This document shows, in pieces, positions 1 to 8,352 of a stretch of DNA of 20,000 bases. Source of the stretch: Candidatus Jordarchaeales archaeon (GTDB taxonomy: Archaea; Asgardarchaeota; Jordiarchaeia; Jordiarchaeales; Freyrarchaeaceae); NCBI GenBank assembly GCA_038889235.1, contig JAWAHN010000001.1, forward strand, positions 1,090,803-1,110,802. Direction: 5' to 3'. Numbering within the stretch: position 1 is the stretch's first letter; every line of letters starts with the position of its first letter. The notes under the pieces were generated by a model, which was given only the letters and a program-made list of their open reading frames with translations, was not told where the DNA came from and ran no database searches. Both the position numbers and the translations under genes were made by a program.

Positions 1-2
1 AT

Positions 3-899
3 AGACCTAACGTTGTTTTGAGGGCAACTTTGTCTGATAGTTTTGAAGTGTACGGGCAGAAAAGGGATCTAGTTGAAGAGATACTCTGGAGAGTAGCTAG
101 GACCTTTAACATTAACCCGAGGGTTAAAGTGGAGGTCTTAAAGATCATCCCGGAACATGTTGGTTTGGGCTCTAAAACTCAGCTTTCGCTCGCAGTTGCT
201 AAAGCTTTTTCCTTGCTTTTCAACTTGGACTGCAACGTGCGGCGTTTGGCTATGATAACTGGAAGGGGTGGAACGTCAGGTATAGGTGTTGCGGCCTTCG
301 AAAAGGGGGGCTTTATCCTAGACGGGGGGCATAGCTTCGGGAAGGGGAAGCAGAAAGAGAAGTTTCTCCCCTCATCAGCATCCACTGCCCCGCCGGCACC
401 AGTGCTGGTGAGGTACGACATGCCAGAGGACTGGCTTTTCGTGGTGGCAATTCCAGCAGTGGAGAAGGGGGCGCACGGCACTAAGGAAGTGAGTATTTTC
501 GAGAAGTTTTGCCCCATTCCGAGGGACGAAGTGGAAGCTATTTGCCGCCTCGTTTTAATGAAAATACTCCCTGCGGTAGTTGAAAGAGACTTGTCGTCTT
601 TCGGCGAGGGGTTGACTGAGGTCCAAAAGCTTGGTTTCAAAAAACTTGAAATCTCACTTCAACACCCGATAGTAAGAGAGCTCATTCAGGCGATGTTGAA
701 ATGGGGGGCTGCCGGAGCAGGAATGAGCTCATTTGGCCCCGCAGTTTTCGGTGTTGTCGAGGGAAAAAGAGCTGCAGAGTCCCTACTTTCGGAGGTTGAA
801 AAATACCTGGCGCCTATAGGCGGAGAGTGCTTCATAGCTAAGGTTAATAATACTGGAGCCCAAGTTTCCAGAGAGGCGGTTATAGCTGTTCAAAGTTGA
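3..899 (+). CDS. beta-ribofuranosylaminobenzene 5'-phosphate synthase (beta-RFAP synthase) family, 5' end truncated by window edge
   Basis: GHMP-like protein with HVGLGSKTQLSLAVAKA, GRGGTSGIGVAAFEKGGFILDGGH and FLPSSAS motifs typical of RFAP synthases. The frame continues upstream of the listed TTG (RPNVVLRATL...), so the true start is outside the window. Stop TGA at 897-899. Confidence 0.9.
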   Translation, partial: RPNVVLRATLSDSFEVYGQKRDLVEEILWRVARTFNINPRVKVEVLKIIPEHVGLGSKTQLSLAVAKAFSLLFNLDCNVRRLAMITGRGGTSGIGVAAFEKGGFILDGGHSFGKGKQKEKFLPSSASTAPPAPVLVRYDMPEDWLFVVAIPAVEKGAHGTKEVSIFEKFCPIPRDEVEAICRLVLMKILPAVVERDLSSFGEGLTEVQKLGFKKLEISLQHPIVRELIQAMLKWGAAGAGMSSFGPAVFGVVEGKRAAESLLSEVEKYLAPIGGECFIAKVNNTGAQVSREAVIAVQS

Positions 900-930
900 A
901 GTCTTCCATTGCCTTCCCGGGGGAAAGCTG

Positions 931-2010
931 TTGGTTCGCGTGTGTGGCATAGATCCGGGTACTGGTTCGTGGGATATCGTCGGCCTAGATGATGAAGACT
1001 TGGTTCTGGACACTTCAATACCTACCAGAGAGGTTTTGGAGAACCCTTCCCGCATTGTGAAGATTGTCAAGTCAATGGGCTCATTGGATTTGCTCGTAGC
1101 CCCGAGCGGCTACGGTCTGCCACTCGTAAAGCTCAGTGAGCTAAACGAAAAACACTTTTTTCTCCTAACGCTGAAAAAGGAGAGGGAGACACAAGTCGTA
1201 GGGTTGGAGCAGGTTTTGCGTCTTCTAATAAATGAAGGCTTTGAAGGCTACGTTATACCTGGAGTTAAACATCTCCCGTCCATCCCACCCCACAGGAAAG
1301 TTAACAAGATAGATATGGGGACATCCGACAAGCTTTGCAGCGTAGCTCTAGCCCTCTGGGAGTCCGCTAACGACAACAATGCAGACTATAGTGACATCTC
1401 GTTTATCCTGGTGGAAATGGGGGGAGGGTTTACCTCAGTAATAGGGGTAGAACGGGGAAAAATAGTGGACGCCATAGGAGGAGCTGAAGGGTGTATGGGC
1501 TTCATGGCGTGTGGCTGCATGGACGCAGAAGTAGCATACTTGCTGGGCGGCTTTGAAAAAAAGCTGATCTATACCGGTGGGGCAGTCTACATAGCTGGAT
1601 ACGAAGGAATCACCCCTGAAGAGTTTGCCCTCATGGCGGACAGGGATGAACGCTTCAAGCTCGCTTGGGACGCCCTTATCGAGGGAACGGTGAAAGACGT
1701 GATGTCTGTGAGCGCCTCATTAGAGCACTTCGACACAATACTTCTTTCAGGACGCCTCTCAAGGGTCGAAAAGATCAGAAACGAGTTGGAAAAGCGTCTC
1801 TCACGTTTCGCTCCAACGCGGAGAGTTAGGGGCTTCGCTAGAATAGCCAAGGAAGCAGCCCAGGGCGCCGCGCTCATAGCTAACGGGTTAGCGGGAGGAA
1901 GCTGCGAGCCCCTTGTTGAGAGCCTAGGAATAAGAAAGGCTAGTGGTTCCGTGTTGGACTACGTTTACTTTGACAAGATACGCGAGCTGAGGAGGAAGCT
2001 TGGTGCTTAG
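931..2010 (+). CDS. DUF1464-like ASKHA-fold predicted kinase/ATPase
   Basis: 359-aa ORF, TTG start. N-terminal VCGIDPGTGSWDIVGLDD phosphate-1-like motif; ILVEMGGGFTSVIGVERGKIVDAIGG; GAALIANGLAGG near the C-terminus. Confidence 0.75.
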   Translation: MVRVCGIDPGTGSWDIVGLDDEDLVLDTSIPTREVLENPSRIVKIVKSMGSLDLLVAPSGYGLPLVKLSELNEKHFFLLTLKKERETQVVGLEQVLRLLINEGFEGYVIPGVKHLPSIPPHRKVNKIDMGTSDKLCSVALALWESANDNNADYSDISFILVEMGGGFTSVIGVERGKIVDAIGGAEGCMGFMACGCMDAEVAYLLGGFEKKLIYTGGAVYIAGYEGITPEEFALMADRDERFKLAWDALIEGTVKDVMSVSASLEHFDTILLSGRLSRVEKIRNELEKRLSRFAPTRRVRGFARIAKEAAQGAALIANGLAGGSCEPLVESLGIRKASGSVLDYVYFDKIRELRRKLGA

Positions 2011-2734
2011 GCTCGCCTGGGGGATTACGGGAGCAGGTCACTTCATGGTGGAAACTTTCGAAGTCTTCCTCCAGTTGAAGAAAAGCTACAACGTCGCAGT
2101 TACCACCTTCCTATCTAAAGCCGGGGAAGAAGTAGCAAGGATGTATGGCGTCTTCGAGAAGCTAAAGGAGATTTCCCCTGGAGGGTATTACCAGGAGGTT
2201 GTACTGGAAAGGGAGGAAGGGGCAAGCTTCCCCAAGGCTGGGAGATTCGCCTCCGGCAAGTACAGTGCCTTCATAGTCTCCCCGGCGACGTCCAACACTG
2301 TTGCTAAAATGGCGCTCGGCATCTGCGACACCTTGATCACGACAGCCTTCGCTCAGGCCCTGAAAAACAAAGTGCCAGTTTACATAGTCCCGACAGATTA
2401 CAAAGAGGGCGAAGTCGAGACCACCCTACCAGTAATAGTTGACAGGGATAAGTGCGTTGGTTGCAGCTTCTGCCCTCCAGAAGAGTGTTGCCCTAAAAGC
2501 GCCCTCGTAAGGGTTGAAGGAAAACCCAGCGTGAACTTGTTAAAATGCGTCGGCTGCCTGGCATGCGTTAAAGCTTGCCTTTACGAGGCTGTGGTCTTCG
2601 GTAGGAGAGTGAAAACGTTCGTTCGAAGCGTAGACGTGGAAAACGTCAAGAGGTTGTCAGCAATAGGCGGAGTTCATGTTTTAAGTGATCCCAAGGAAAT
2701 AATCCCCCGCCTAAGGAGGGACCTCCAGCTTTGA
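2000..2734 (+). CDS. archaeoflavoprotein AfpA / DmrX-like flavoprotein with two 4Fe-4S clusters
   Basis: LAWGITGAGHFMVETFEVF flavoprotein N-terminus. SPATSNTVAKMALGICDTLITTAFAQALK. Two ferredoxin-like Cys clusters (CVGCSFCPPEECCP; CVGCLACVKAC). Overlaps the previous gene. Confidence 0.85.
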   Translation: MVLRLAWGITGAGHFMVETFEVFLQLKKSYNVAVTTFLSKAGEEVARMYGVFEKLKEISPGGYYQEVVLEREEGASFPKAGRFASGKYSAFIVSPATSNTVAKMALGICDTLITTAFAQALKNKVPVYIVPTDYKEGEVETTLPVIVDRDKCVGCSFCPPEECCPKSALVRVEGKPSVNLLKCVGCLACVKACLYEAVVFGRRVKTFVRSVDVENVKRLSAIGGVHVLSDPKEIIPRLRRDLQL

Positions 2735-4266
2735 GAGTGCTGCTTGTTACAGGCCGTCTCGCCGAAAAGCTAGTTAAGAAATACTGTGAAGGCCTCGGCC
2801 TCGAGGTTGATGTCGCAACAATGCCCGTATCTGTTGCCGCTTTGATCACCCCCCAGATGCTCATAGAGCACCTCAAAGATAAGGTCTCAAAGGAGAAATA
2901 CGACGCCATAATAGTTCCGGGACTTATGCGGGGCAGCGTTAGGGTAGTTGAAGCCGCGCTCGGAATCCCTGTTTTTAAGGGAACAAAGTATGCGTGCGAC
3001 ATACCGTTAATTTTCAAGAACTTCGACCTCCTATCGAAGGAAGAAGCGCTAGACACGGTAATTTCTAGGCTCAGAAGCGACGCATGGAACAGGTTGGAAT
3101 CTCTCACGGGCTCAGGCTTCACCATTGGAAGGGAAGGTGTTAAACCCGTCTACGTTGGTGTAGATGGACCGGTAAGGGTGCTCGCAGAGGTCGTTGACGC
3201 CCCAGCGCTCCCCCGCAACAAAGTGTTGTCGAGAGCAGAGTACTTTTTGAGGTCTGGAGCTGACATGATAGACATAGGAGGAGTGGTGGGAGAGGAGCAC
3301 CCCAGCATAATATCTGAGTTGGTGCACTGTGTAAGGGAAAAATTTAAGGTCCCTGTAAGTGTGGACAGCCTAAACCCTGCCGAAATAGAAGCCGCCGTGG
3401 CTGCTGGCGCCGACATGGTTCTCAGCTTAGACTACGGAAACTTCCACGAGGTCAAGCTTCCACCCGACGTAGCAGTAACCGTTCTACCAACTAACGAGAA
3501 GAAAGGGGAGATCCCGAGGGATCCAGCCGAGAGAGCGCGGAAAACGCTTGAAATAGTTGAGAAAGCCAAGAAAGCTGGACTAGTCAAAGTAGTAGCTGAC
3601 CCGCTGCTTGAGCCACCCATAACCCCCGGTCTCGTCAATTCCCTTAAATCCTACATCTTTTTCAGGGAAGCTGACACGGTTACACCTCTCCTCTTTGGAG
3701 TTGGAAATGTGACCGAGTTCATTGACGTCGACAGCATAGGGGTAAACGCTCTCCTAACCATGCTGGCACAGGAGCTGGGCGCCGCTATACTCCTAACAAC
3801 TGAGCACAGCATTAAGTGCCGTGGAAGTGTGAGGGAGCTTGACGCCGCAAGGAAAATGGCATACCTAGCGAAGTCCTTGTCTACTCCGCCAAAAGACCTT
3901 GGTATAGCGTTCTTCGCCGCAAAGAGTAAAAAGGAGTACTTTGTACCTCCAAACGTGGATGGATTGAAAGCAGTGGCTGAGGCGAGAAACGACAGCTACT
4001 CCCCCGACCCCCTCGGCTACTTCACAATATGGGTTGACCACGAAAAAGGCAAGATATTCGTGCTGTACAAAGGCGTCAAGGGGGAAAAGCTTTTCGTTGG
4101 GGAGAGCTCCGAGTACATAGGCAAAGCCATTCTTTCAGAAGGAGTAATAAGCTCGCTGGAGCACGCCGTATACCTCGGCAGGGAGCTTGGAAAGGCAGAA
4201 GCCTGCCTGAAGCTCGGTAAAAGCTACGTTCAAGATCTCGACGTTTTCGGTGATAAAAATGAGTAA
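2731..4266 (+). CDS. dihydropteroate synthase-like protein
   Basis: TIM-barrel pterin-binding region (SRAEYFLRSGADMIDIGGVVGEEHPSI, VPVSVDSLNPAEIEAAVAAGADMVLSLD). Adjacent to MptA and RFAP synthase. 4-nt overlap with the upstream gene. Confidence 0.85.
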   Translation: MRVLLVTGRLAEKLVKKYCEGLGLEVDVATMPVSVAALITPQMLIEHLKDKVSKEKYDAIIVPGLMRGSVRVVEAALGIPVFKGTKYACDIPLIFKNFDLLSKEEALDTVISRLRSDAWNRLESLTGSGFTIGREGVKPVYVGVDGPVRVLAEVVDAPALPRNKVLSRAEYFLRSGADMIDIGGVVGEEHPSIISELVHCVREKFKVPVSVDSLNPAEIEAAVAAGADMVLSLDYGNFHEVKLPPDVAVTVLPTNEKKGEIPRDPAERARKTLEIVEKAKKAGLVKVVADPLLEPPITPGLVNSLKSYIFFREADTVTPLLFGVGNVTEFIDVDSIGVNALLTMLAQELGAAILLTTEHSIKCRGSVRELDAARKMAYLAKSLSTPPKDLGIAFFAAKSKKEYFVPPNVDGLKAVAEARNDSYSPDPLGYFTIWVDHEKGKIFVLYKGVKGEKLFVGESSEYIGKAILSEGVISSLEHAVYLGRELGKAEACLKLGKSYVQDLDVFGDKNE

Positions 4267-5212
4267 CCTACCGGACGTTCAAAGCGAGAAACCCAAAATA
4301 CTCCTCTCACTAGACGAGGTAGGAGTAACGGGTCTCGTGAAAAGGGTTCGGATAGTTAAAGGGGGAAGCGAGATATTTTTAACGCCAAAAATTTCTGCAT
4401 TCATAAATCTCCCCGCATGGCAGAGAGGGGTGCATCTTTCAAGAAGTAGTGAAACAATTGAAAGTGTGGTTGAGGACATAGCTTACTCCCCAGTTAGAAG
4501 CTTCGAGGAGCTTTGTAGAAAGATGCTAACGGTCCTCTTGGAAAAACATGACTACGCTGACAGGGCGAGAGTGCTCTTGGAAGGACTTGTAGTTCTCGAC
4601 GTGAGGGCTGGCGAGAGTGAAGTTAAGCGTCAAAAAGCTTACAACGTACGTGTCGAAGGCGTAGCCTCGCGGAGCAGGGAGGGAATCGAAACCAGGGTTT
4701 TCCTAGGAGTGGAGGTTGAGGGGATAATTGCTTGCCCTTGCGCTCAGGAACTTATAAGAAACTACGCGGAAAGCATGATTAAAAGCAGGGCTGAAGAGCT
4801 CTCACTAGACGAACCTGTGATACACAAGATCCTAGATTTGGTTCCCCTCGCATCTCACAGTCAGCGCTGTAAAGGTGCGCTTATAGTGGAGGTGAAAGAC
4901 AACAGCGTAGACCTCTTCGAGCTAATTAGAGTGGTCGAGGACTCGATGAGCGGCACGATATATGACGTCTTAAAGAGGCCAGACGAAGCTAGCCTCGTAA
5001 GGCTCGTTCACTTAAACCCGCTTTTCGTCGAGGATGTCGCGAGACTAATAATACTAAACGCCCTGACAAGGCTTAAACAGCTCTCCGACGACGACGTTTT
5101 AGAGGTCAGAGTTGAAAGCATGGAGTCCGTACACCCTCATAACGCTGTGGCATTCAGGAGAGCCAAAGTCGGGGAACTTAAGAAGGAGCTGCAGGCTGGT
5201 TGTGTAGATTGA
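4250..5212 (+). CDS. mptA: GTP cyclohydrolase MptA-type (FolE2-like)
   Basis: DVQSEKPKILLSLDEVGVTGLVKRVRI, INLPAWQRGVHLSRSSE, GIIACPCAQELIRNYAE, PLASHSQRCKGALIVEV, VHPHNAVAFRRAKVGEL are hallmarks of the MptA/FolE2 family. True start may be the ATG at 4259. Confidence 0.92.
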   Translation: MIKMSNLPDVQSEKPKILLSLDEVGVTGLVKRVRIVKGGSEIFLTPKISAFINLPAWQRGVHLSRSSETIESVVEDIAYSPVRSFEELCRKMLTVLLEKHDYADRARVLLEGLVVLDVRAGESEVKRQKAYNVRVEGVASRSREGIETRVFLGVEVEGIIACPCAQELIRNYAESMIKSRAEELSLDEPVIHKILDLVPLASHSQRCKGALIVEVKDNSVDLFELIRVVEDSMSGTIYDVLKRPDEASLVRLVHLNPLFVEDVARLIILNALTRLKQLSDDDVLEVRVESMESVHPHNAVAFRRAKVGELKKELQAGCVD

Positions 5213-6216
5213 TCGTAGAAGGCTTCTTTGTTGAAGACGTCAATGGGTTTATATTCGACGTTAAAGGTTTGCTTCATCCACCGGATAGGATTATAGCTTA
5301 CTTGCGTTATTTCCCCGACTTGGAAGGGGATCGGGAGAGAAGGGGAGTAAAGTACCGCAAAGTTTACTCCCTCGCAGAAAGGGACGCTATACTCAAGGCT
5401 AGAAAGCCTAACTACTTATACTTCGACCCGGTCTTCGGCATGTTCCTGGAAGGCGTTCCAAGAAATGAGATAGCTAGAATTTACGACCCCCGCGAAAAAC
5501 TCCACCACCTTTTGAGGAGTGAGCGAAACAGCTTGGAGGAAGCCGCAGTCTTCCTCGCGCTCGAGGTAGTTAAGACAGCCAAAATATCTCTCAGCTCTCT
5601 TGGCGTATCTGGCTCAATCCTCGTAGATCTAGCGGGGGAGGGTTCTGACGTCGACATAGTGGTTTTCGGTGAGAAGAACTCTCGGAAGGCTTACGAGGCT
5701 TTAGGTGACCTCATGGCCGAAGGAAAACTAGTGAAAGCTTACGATGAAAATGGTTTGAAGAAGCTCTACGACTTCCGATTCAAGGACACCGTTATGAGCT
5801 ACGAGGACTTCGTGTGGAGTGAGCGGAGGAAACACATGTCCGGGACTGTTATGGGCTACGATTTCTTTGTTCGCTTCGTGAAGTTCCCCGAAGAGTACGG
5901 AGAGCGTTACGGCGAGAGGAGGTATAAGCCCTTAGGCAGCGCGCTTGTTAGAGGGGTGGTAGTCGACGACTCGGACGCTATTTTCACCCCGTGTCGCTAC
6001 GTGTTGGGTGACGTAGAAGTCCTGGACGGCGTAAAGAAACCCGTAGTTGAAATATTCTCGTTAAGGGGCCGCTTCAGCGACCAAGCAAGGGAAGGAGAAG
6101 AAGTTTTAGCTAGGGGGAAAGTTGAAGCCGTCTCATATGAGGGCGGCGAGTATTTTAGGCTTGTCATAGGAGGGGAAAGAGGCGACTTCCTAATAGTAAG
6201 AAGGGAGGCGACTTGA
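5209..6216 (+). CDS. predicted nucleotidyltransferase-like protein (paralog 1)
   Basis: LGVSGSILVDLAGEGSDVDIVVFG matches a nucleotidyltransferase GS...DxD motif. ORF extends to TTG 5200, but TTG 5209 sits in a start/stop overlap with mptA. Confidence 0.7.
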   Translation: MIVEGFFVEDVNGFIFDVKGLLHPPDRIIAYLRYFPDLEGDRERRGVKYRKVYSLAERDAILKARKPNYLYFDPVFGMFLEGVPRNEIARIYDPREKLHHLLRSERNSLEEAAVFLALEVVKTAKISLSSLGVSGSILVDLAGEGSDVDIVVFGEKNSRKAYEALGDLMAEGKLVKAYDENGLKKLYDFRFKDTVMSYEDFVWSERRKHMSGTVMGYDFFVRFVKFPEEYGERYGERRYKPLGSALVRGVVVDDSDAIFTPCRYVLGDVEVLDGVKKPVVEIFSLRGRFSDQAREGEEVLARGKVEAVSYEGGEYFRLVIGGERGDFLIVRREAT

Positions 6217-6220
6217 ACAC

Positions 6221-7246
6221 ATGCGGACTGAAAAAGACAGAGACTTTATAAGGACTAGCGAGAAGTTCTTCTTCTGCGTAGTGGGTTACGAGCACCCACC
6301 AGACAGGGTGCTAGCATATCTCAAGTATATCCCAAGCCCTTTTGGGAAATGGGGGGGCACCACCCGCTTCCACAGGGTTCTCGCAAGGTATGATGCAGCC
6401 TCTGTTTCAGACACGTTTTCAATACTGGAGAAATATCCCAAGTACCTTTTCCACTCCGAAGTGTACGGCATCACGTTCTCGGCGGTTCCTAGAAGCGAGA
6501 TAGTGGAGGAGTATTACCCTGAAGTCAAAGTTGCAAGCTTGATGAACCAGAGCGAGCTTGACCCTCTTCAGTCGAAGGCCATCTCCTTGATAAAGTTGTT
6601 ATCCGAGGAAAGTGGGGTCCCTGTGGAAAAGTTCGGGATCACAGGATCCATACTAATAGATATCCATAACCCTTCGTTCTCAGACATAGATCTAACAGTT
6701 TACGGCAGAGGAAACTCCCTTGCCGTGAAGGAAACCCTTCTAGATTTGAGAGGTAGCGCGATCGTCCCGTTCTCTGGCAGCACAGCTGAGGAGTGGGTTC
6801 GAAAGAAAGAGGGCGTCTTCCAGCTTTCAAAGGCGCAGGCCCGTAAGATATTGGAGCGAAAGTGGAACATAGGTTTCTATGAAGGCACAAGGTTCTCTAT
6901 ACACCCAGTTAAAGACGACGCGGAAATATGCGAAGTCTACGGCGGGAAGTTTTACAAGAGCCTCGGCTTCTGCACTATTGAAGCCACTGTTTCATCATGC
7001 CGCGACGCACTATTTCTCCCATGCCGCTATGAGGTGGAAGATGTTGCCTTCCTGGAGGGAAAACGCGTTGAGAACGTTAGAGAGGTAGTCTCCTATGAGG
7101 GACTTTTCTGCGACATAGCAGGTGAGGGCGAAAGGATAAGGGTGCGCGGCAAACTGGAAAGGGTGGAAGGAGAAAGGGAAGAGTACTATAGGGTGCTAGT
7201 CGGCTCGCAGGAAGCTAAGGCCGGAGACTTCATACACCTCATATAA
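6221..7246 (+). CDS. predicted nucleotidyltransferase-like protein (paralog 2)
   Basis: FGITGSILIDIHNPSFSDIDLTVYG motif. Collinear similarity to the upstream neighbour throughout (HPPDRVLAYLKYIP, CRYEVEDVAFLEG). Confidence 0.7.
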   Translation: MRTEKDRDFIRTSEKFFFCVVGYEHPPDRVLAYLKYIPSPFGKWGGTTRFHRVLARYDAASVSDTFSILEKYPKYLFHSEVYGITFSAVPRSEIVEEYYPEVKVASLMNQSELDPLQSKAISLIKLLSEESGVPVEKFGITGSILIDIHNPSFSDIDLTVYGRGNSLAVKETLLDLRGSAIVPFSGSTAEEWVRKKEGVFQLSKAQARKILERKWNIGFYEGTRFSIHPVKDDAEICEVYGGKFYKSLGFCTIEATVSSCRDALFLPCRYEVEDVAFLEGKRVENVREVVSYEGLFCDIAGEGERIRVRGKLERVEGEREEYYRVLVGSQEAKAGDFIHLI

Positions 7247-7248
7247 AC

Positions 7249-7566
7249 CTACTTTTTCACGACGCCGAGTAGCTTTCGGCCTTCCTCGACAAACGTCTCC
7301 CAGATCCTTTGAGCTTCTTCCGGGTTTTTCGAGGATGTGACCTCTGAAAGCAATTTTAGGAAGGCGCCTATCAACGGGTGCTTTATCAGGCGAAGCTCCT
7401 CAGTCATCACGTTAACATAGCTTACTAGAGCTGAGTCAACCTTGGTCAGCATGCCTGTTACGTCTTTCAAAACTAGTCCGCCATCCTCCATCTTGATATA
7501 AACTACGTCTTCCGCAACTTCCTTCTCGCTGTACCCCTCTTCAACCCTAACCTTAAATTCACACAA
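7249..7566 (-). CDS. CooT-like small protein with C-terminal extension
   Basis: N-terminus MCEFKVRVEEGYSEKEVAEDVVYIKMEDGGLVLKDVTGML resembles the MC-E... CooT nickel-binding family. About 40 extra C-terminal residues. Confidence 0.55.
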   Translation of the reverse strand: MCEFKVRVEEGYSEKEVAEDVVYIKMEDGGLVLKDVTGMLTKVDSALVSYVNVMTEELRLIKHPLIGAFLKLLSEVTSSKNPEEAQRIWETFVEEGRKLLGVVKK

Positions 7567-7680
7567 TCATAAACACCTCCACCAGTTAGGTTTTTGGGAG
7601 CTTGTTAAAAAAGTTTTTAACTTGAACATCCAACCCCATAATAGGACTCCCCTTCTCGTTACAAGTGGATAAGAGGGGGT

Positions 7681-8352
7681 TTGTTGTCTACTAAAGAAAG
7701 CTACCCGTGCACCTTCCACCCTGACTATATGGCGGTCGGGCGCTGCTTCAAGTGTAAACGTCCTTTCTGCAAAGTGTGCCTTGAGCACACCGAGAAGTAC
7801 CCGAGGGAGATTTGCATTGAATGTCTCACGCACAAAGACCTAGCTAGGCGCGGAGACTTGAGACGCATACTCCCACTCTACATAGCAGGACTTTTTGCAG
7901 GCATTGCAATAATAGTTAATGGCCTTCAAAGTCAATACCCGCCAATCCTTCAAATGCTGCTTATGCCCGAGCTATCCCCCATCATCCTCTCCCTATGGTA
8001 TGCCGTAGGGAGAACACCAACAGAGATCGTTTACTTCGCCATCGTGGCAATGAGTAGCTTTGCAGCTTTTACAGCTATTGAATTCAAAAACACGCGCAAC
8101 TTCAGGCGGAAAATGCTGGAACACGGCTTCTGCCCAAGCTGTGGTAAAGTGCTGTTCGGAAACACCGTGTGTCCCAATTGTGGCCAGAAGCTACATGAAA
8201 AACCCCCAGACTACCCAGATATCGAATGGTTAAGAGATTACTTGAGAATGGCGAAGCGAAAAGCGGTGAGCCCCGAGCTTCTTAAAGAGAAGGAAAGAGA
8301 GTTGAGGTCAAAGTATAGAAAGAAGAAGGCAGCAAAAAAGCCCCCCTCATAG
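7681..8352 (+). CDS. membrane protein with N-terminal B-box-like zinc finger and C-terminal zinc ribbon
   Basis: CTFHPDYMAVGRCFKCKRPFCKVCLEHTEKYPREICIEC, hydrophobic segments, CPSCGKVLFGNTVCPNCG. Confidence 0.65.
   Translation: MLSTKESYPCTFHPDYMAVGRCFKCKRPFCKVCLEHTEKYPREICIECLTHKDLARRGDLRRILPLYIAGLFAGIAIIVNGLQSQYPPILQMLLMPELSPIILSLWYAVGRTPTEIVYFAIVAMSSFAAFTAIEFKNTRNFRRKMLEHGFCPSCGKVLFGNTVCPNCGQKLHEKPPDYPDIEWLRDYLRMAKRKAVSPELLKEKERELRSKYRKKKAAKKPPS

Noticed and set aside
179-1070. Antisense ORFs such as 179..640, 783..1070, 1587..1877, 2646..3125 (all -)
   Set aside because: They lie wholly opposite strongly supported coding genes, have low-complexity Ser/Thr-rich translations and show no recognisable domain.
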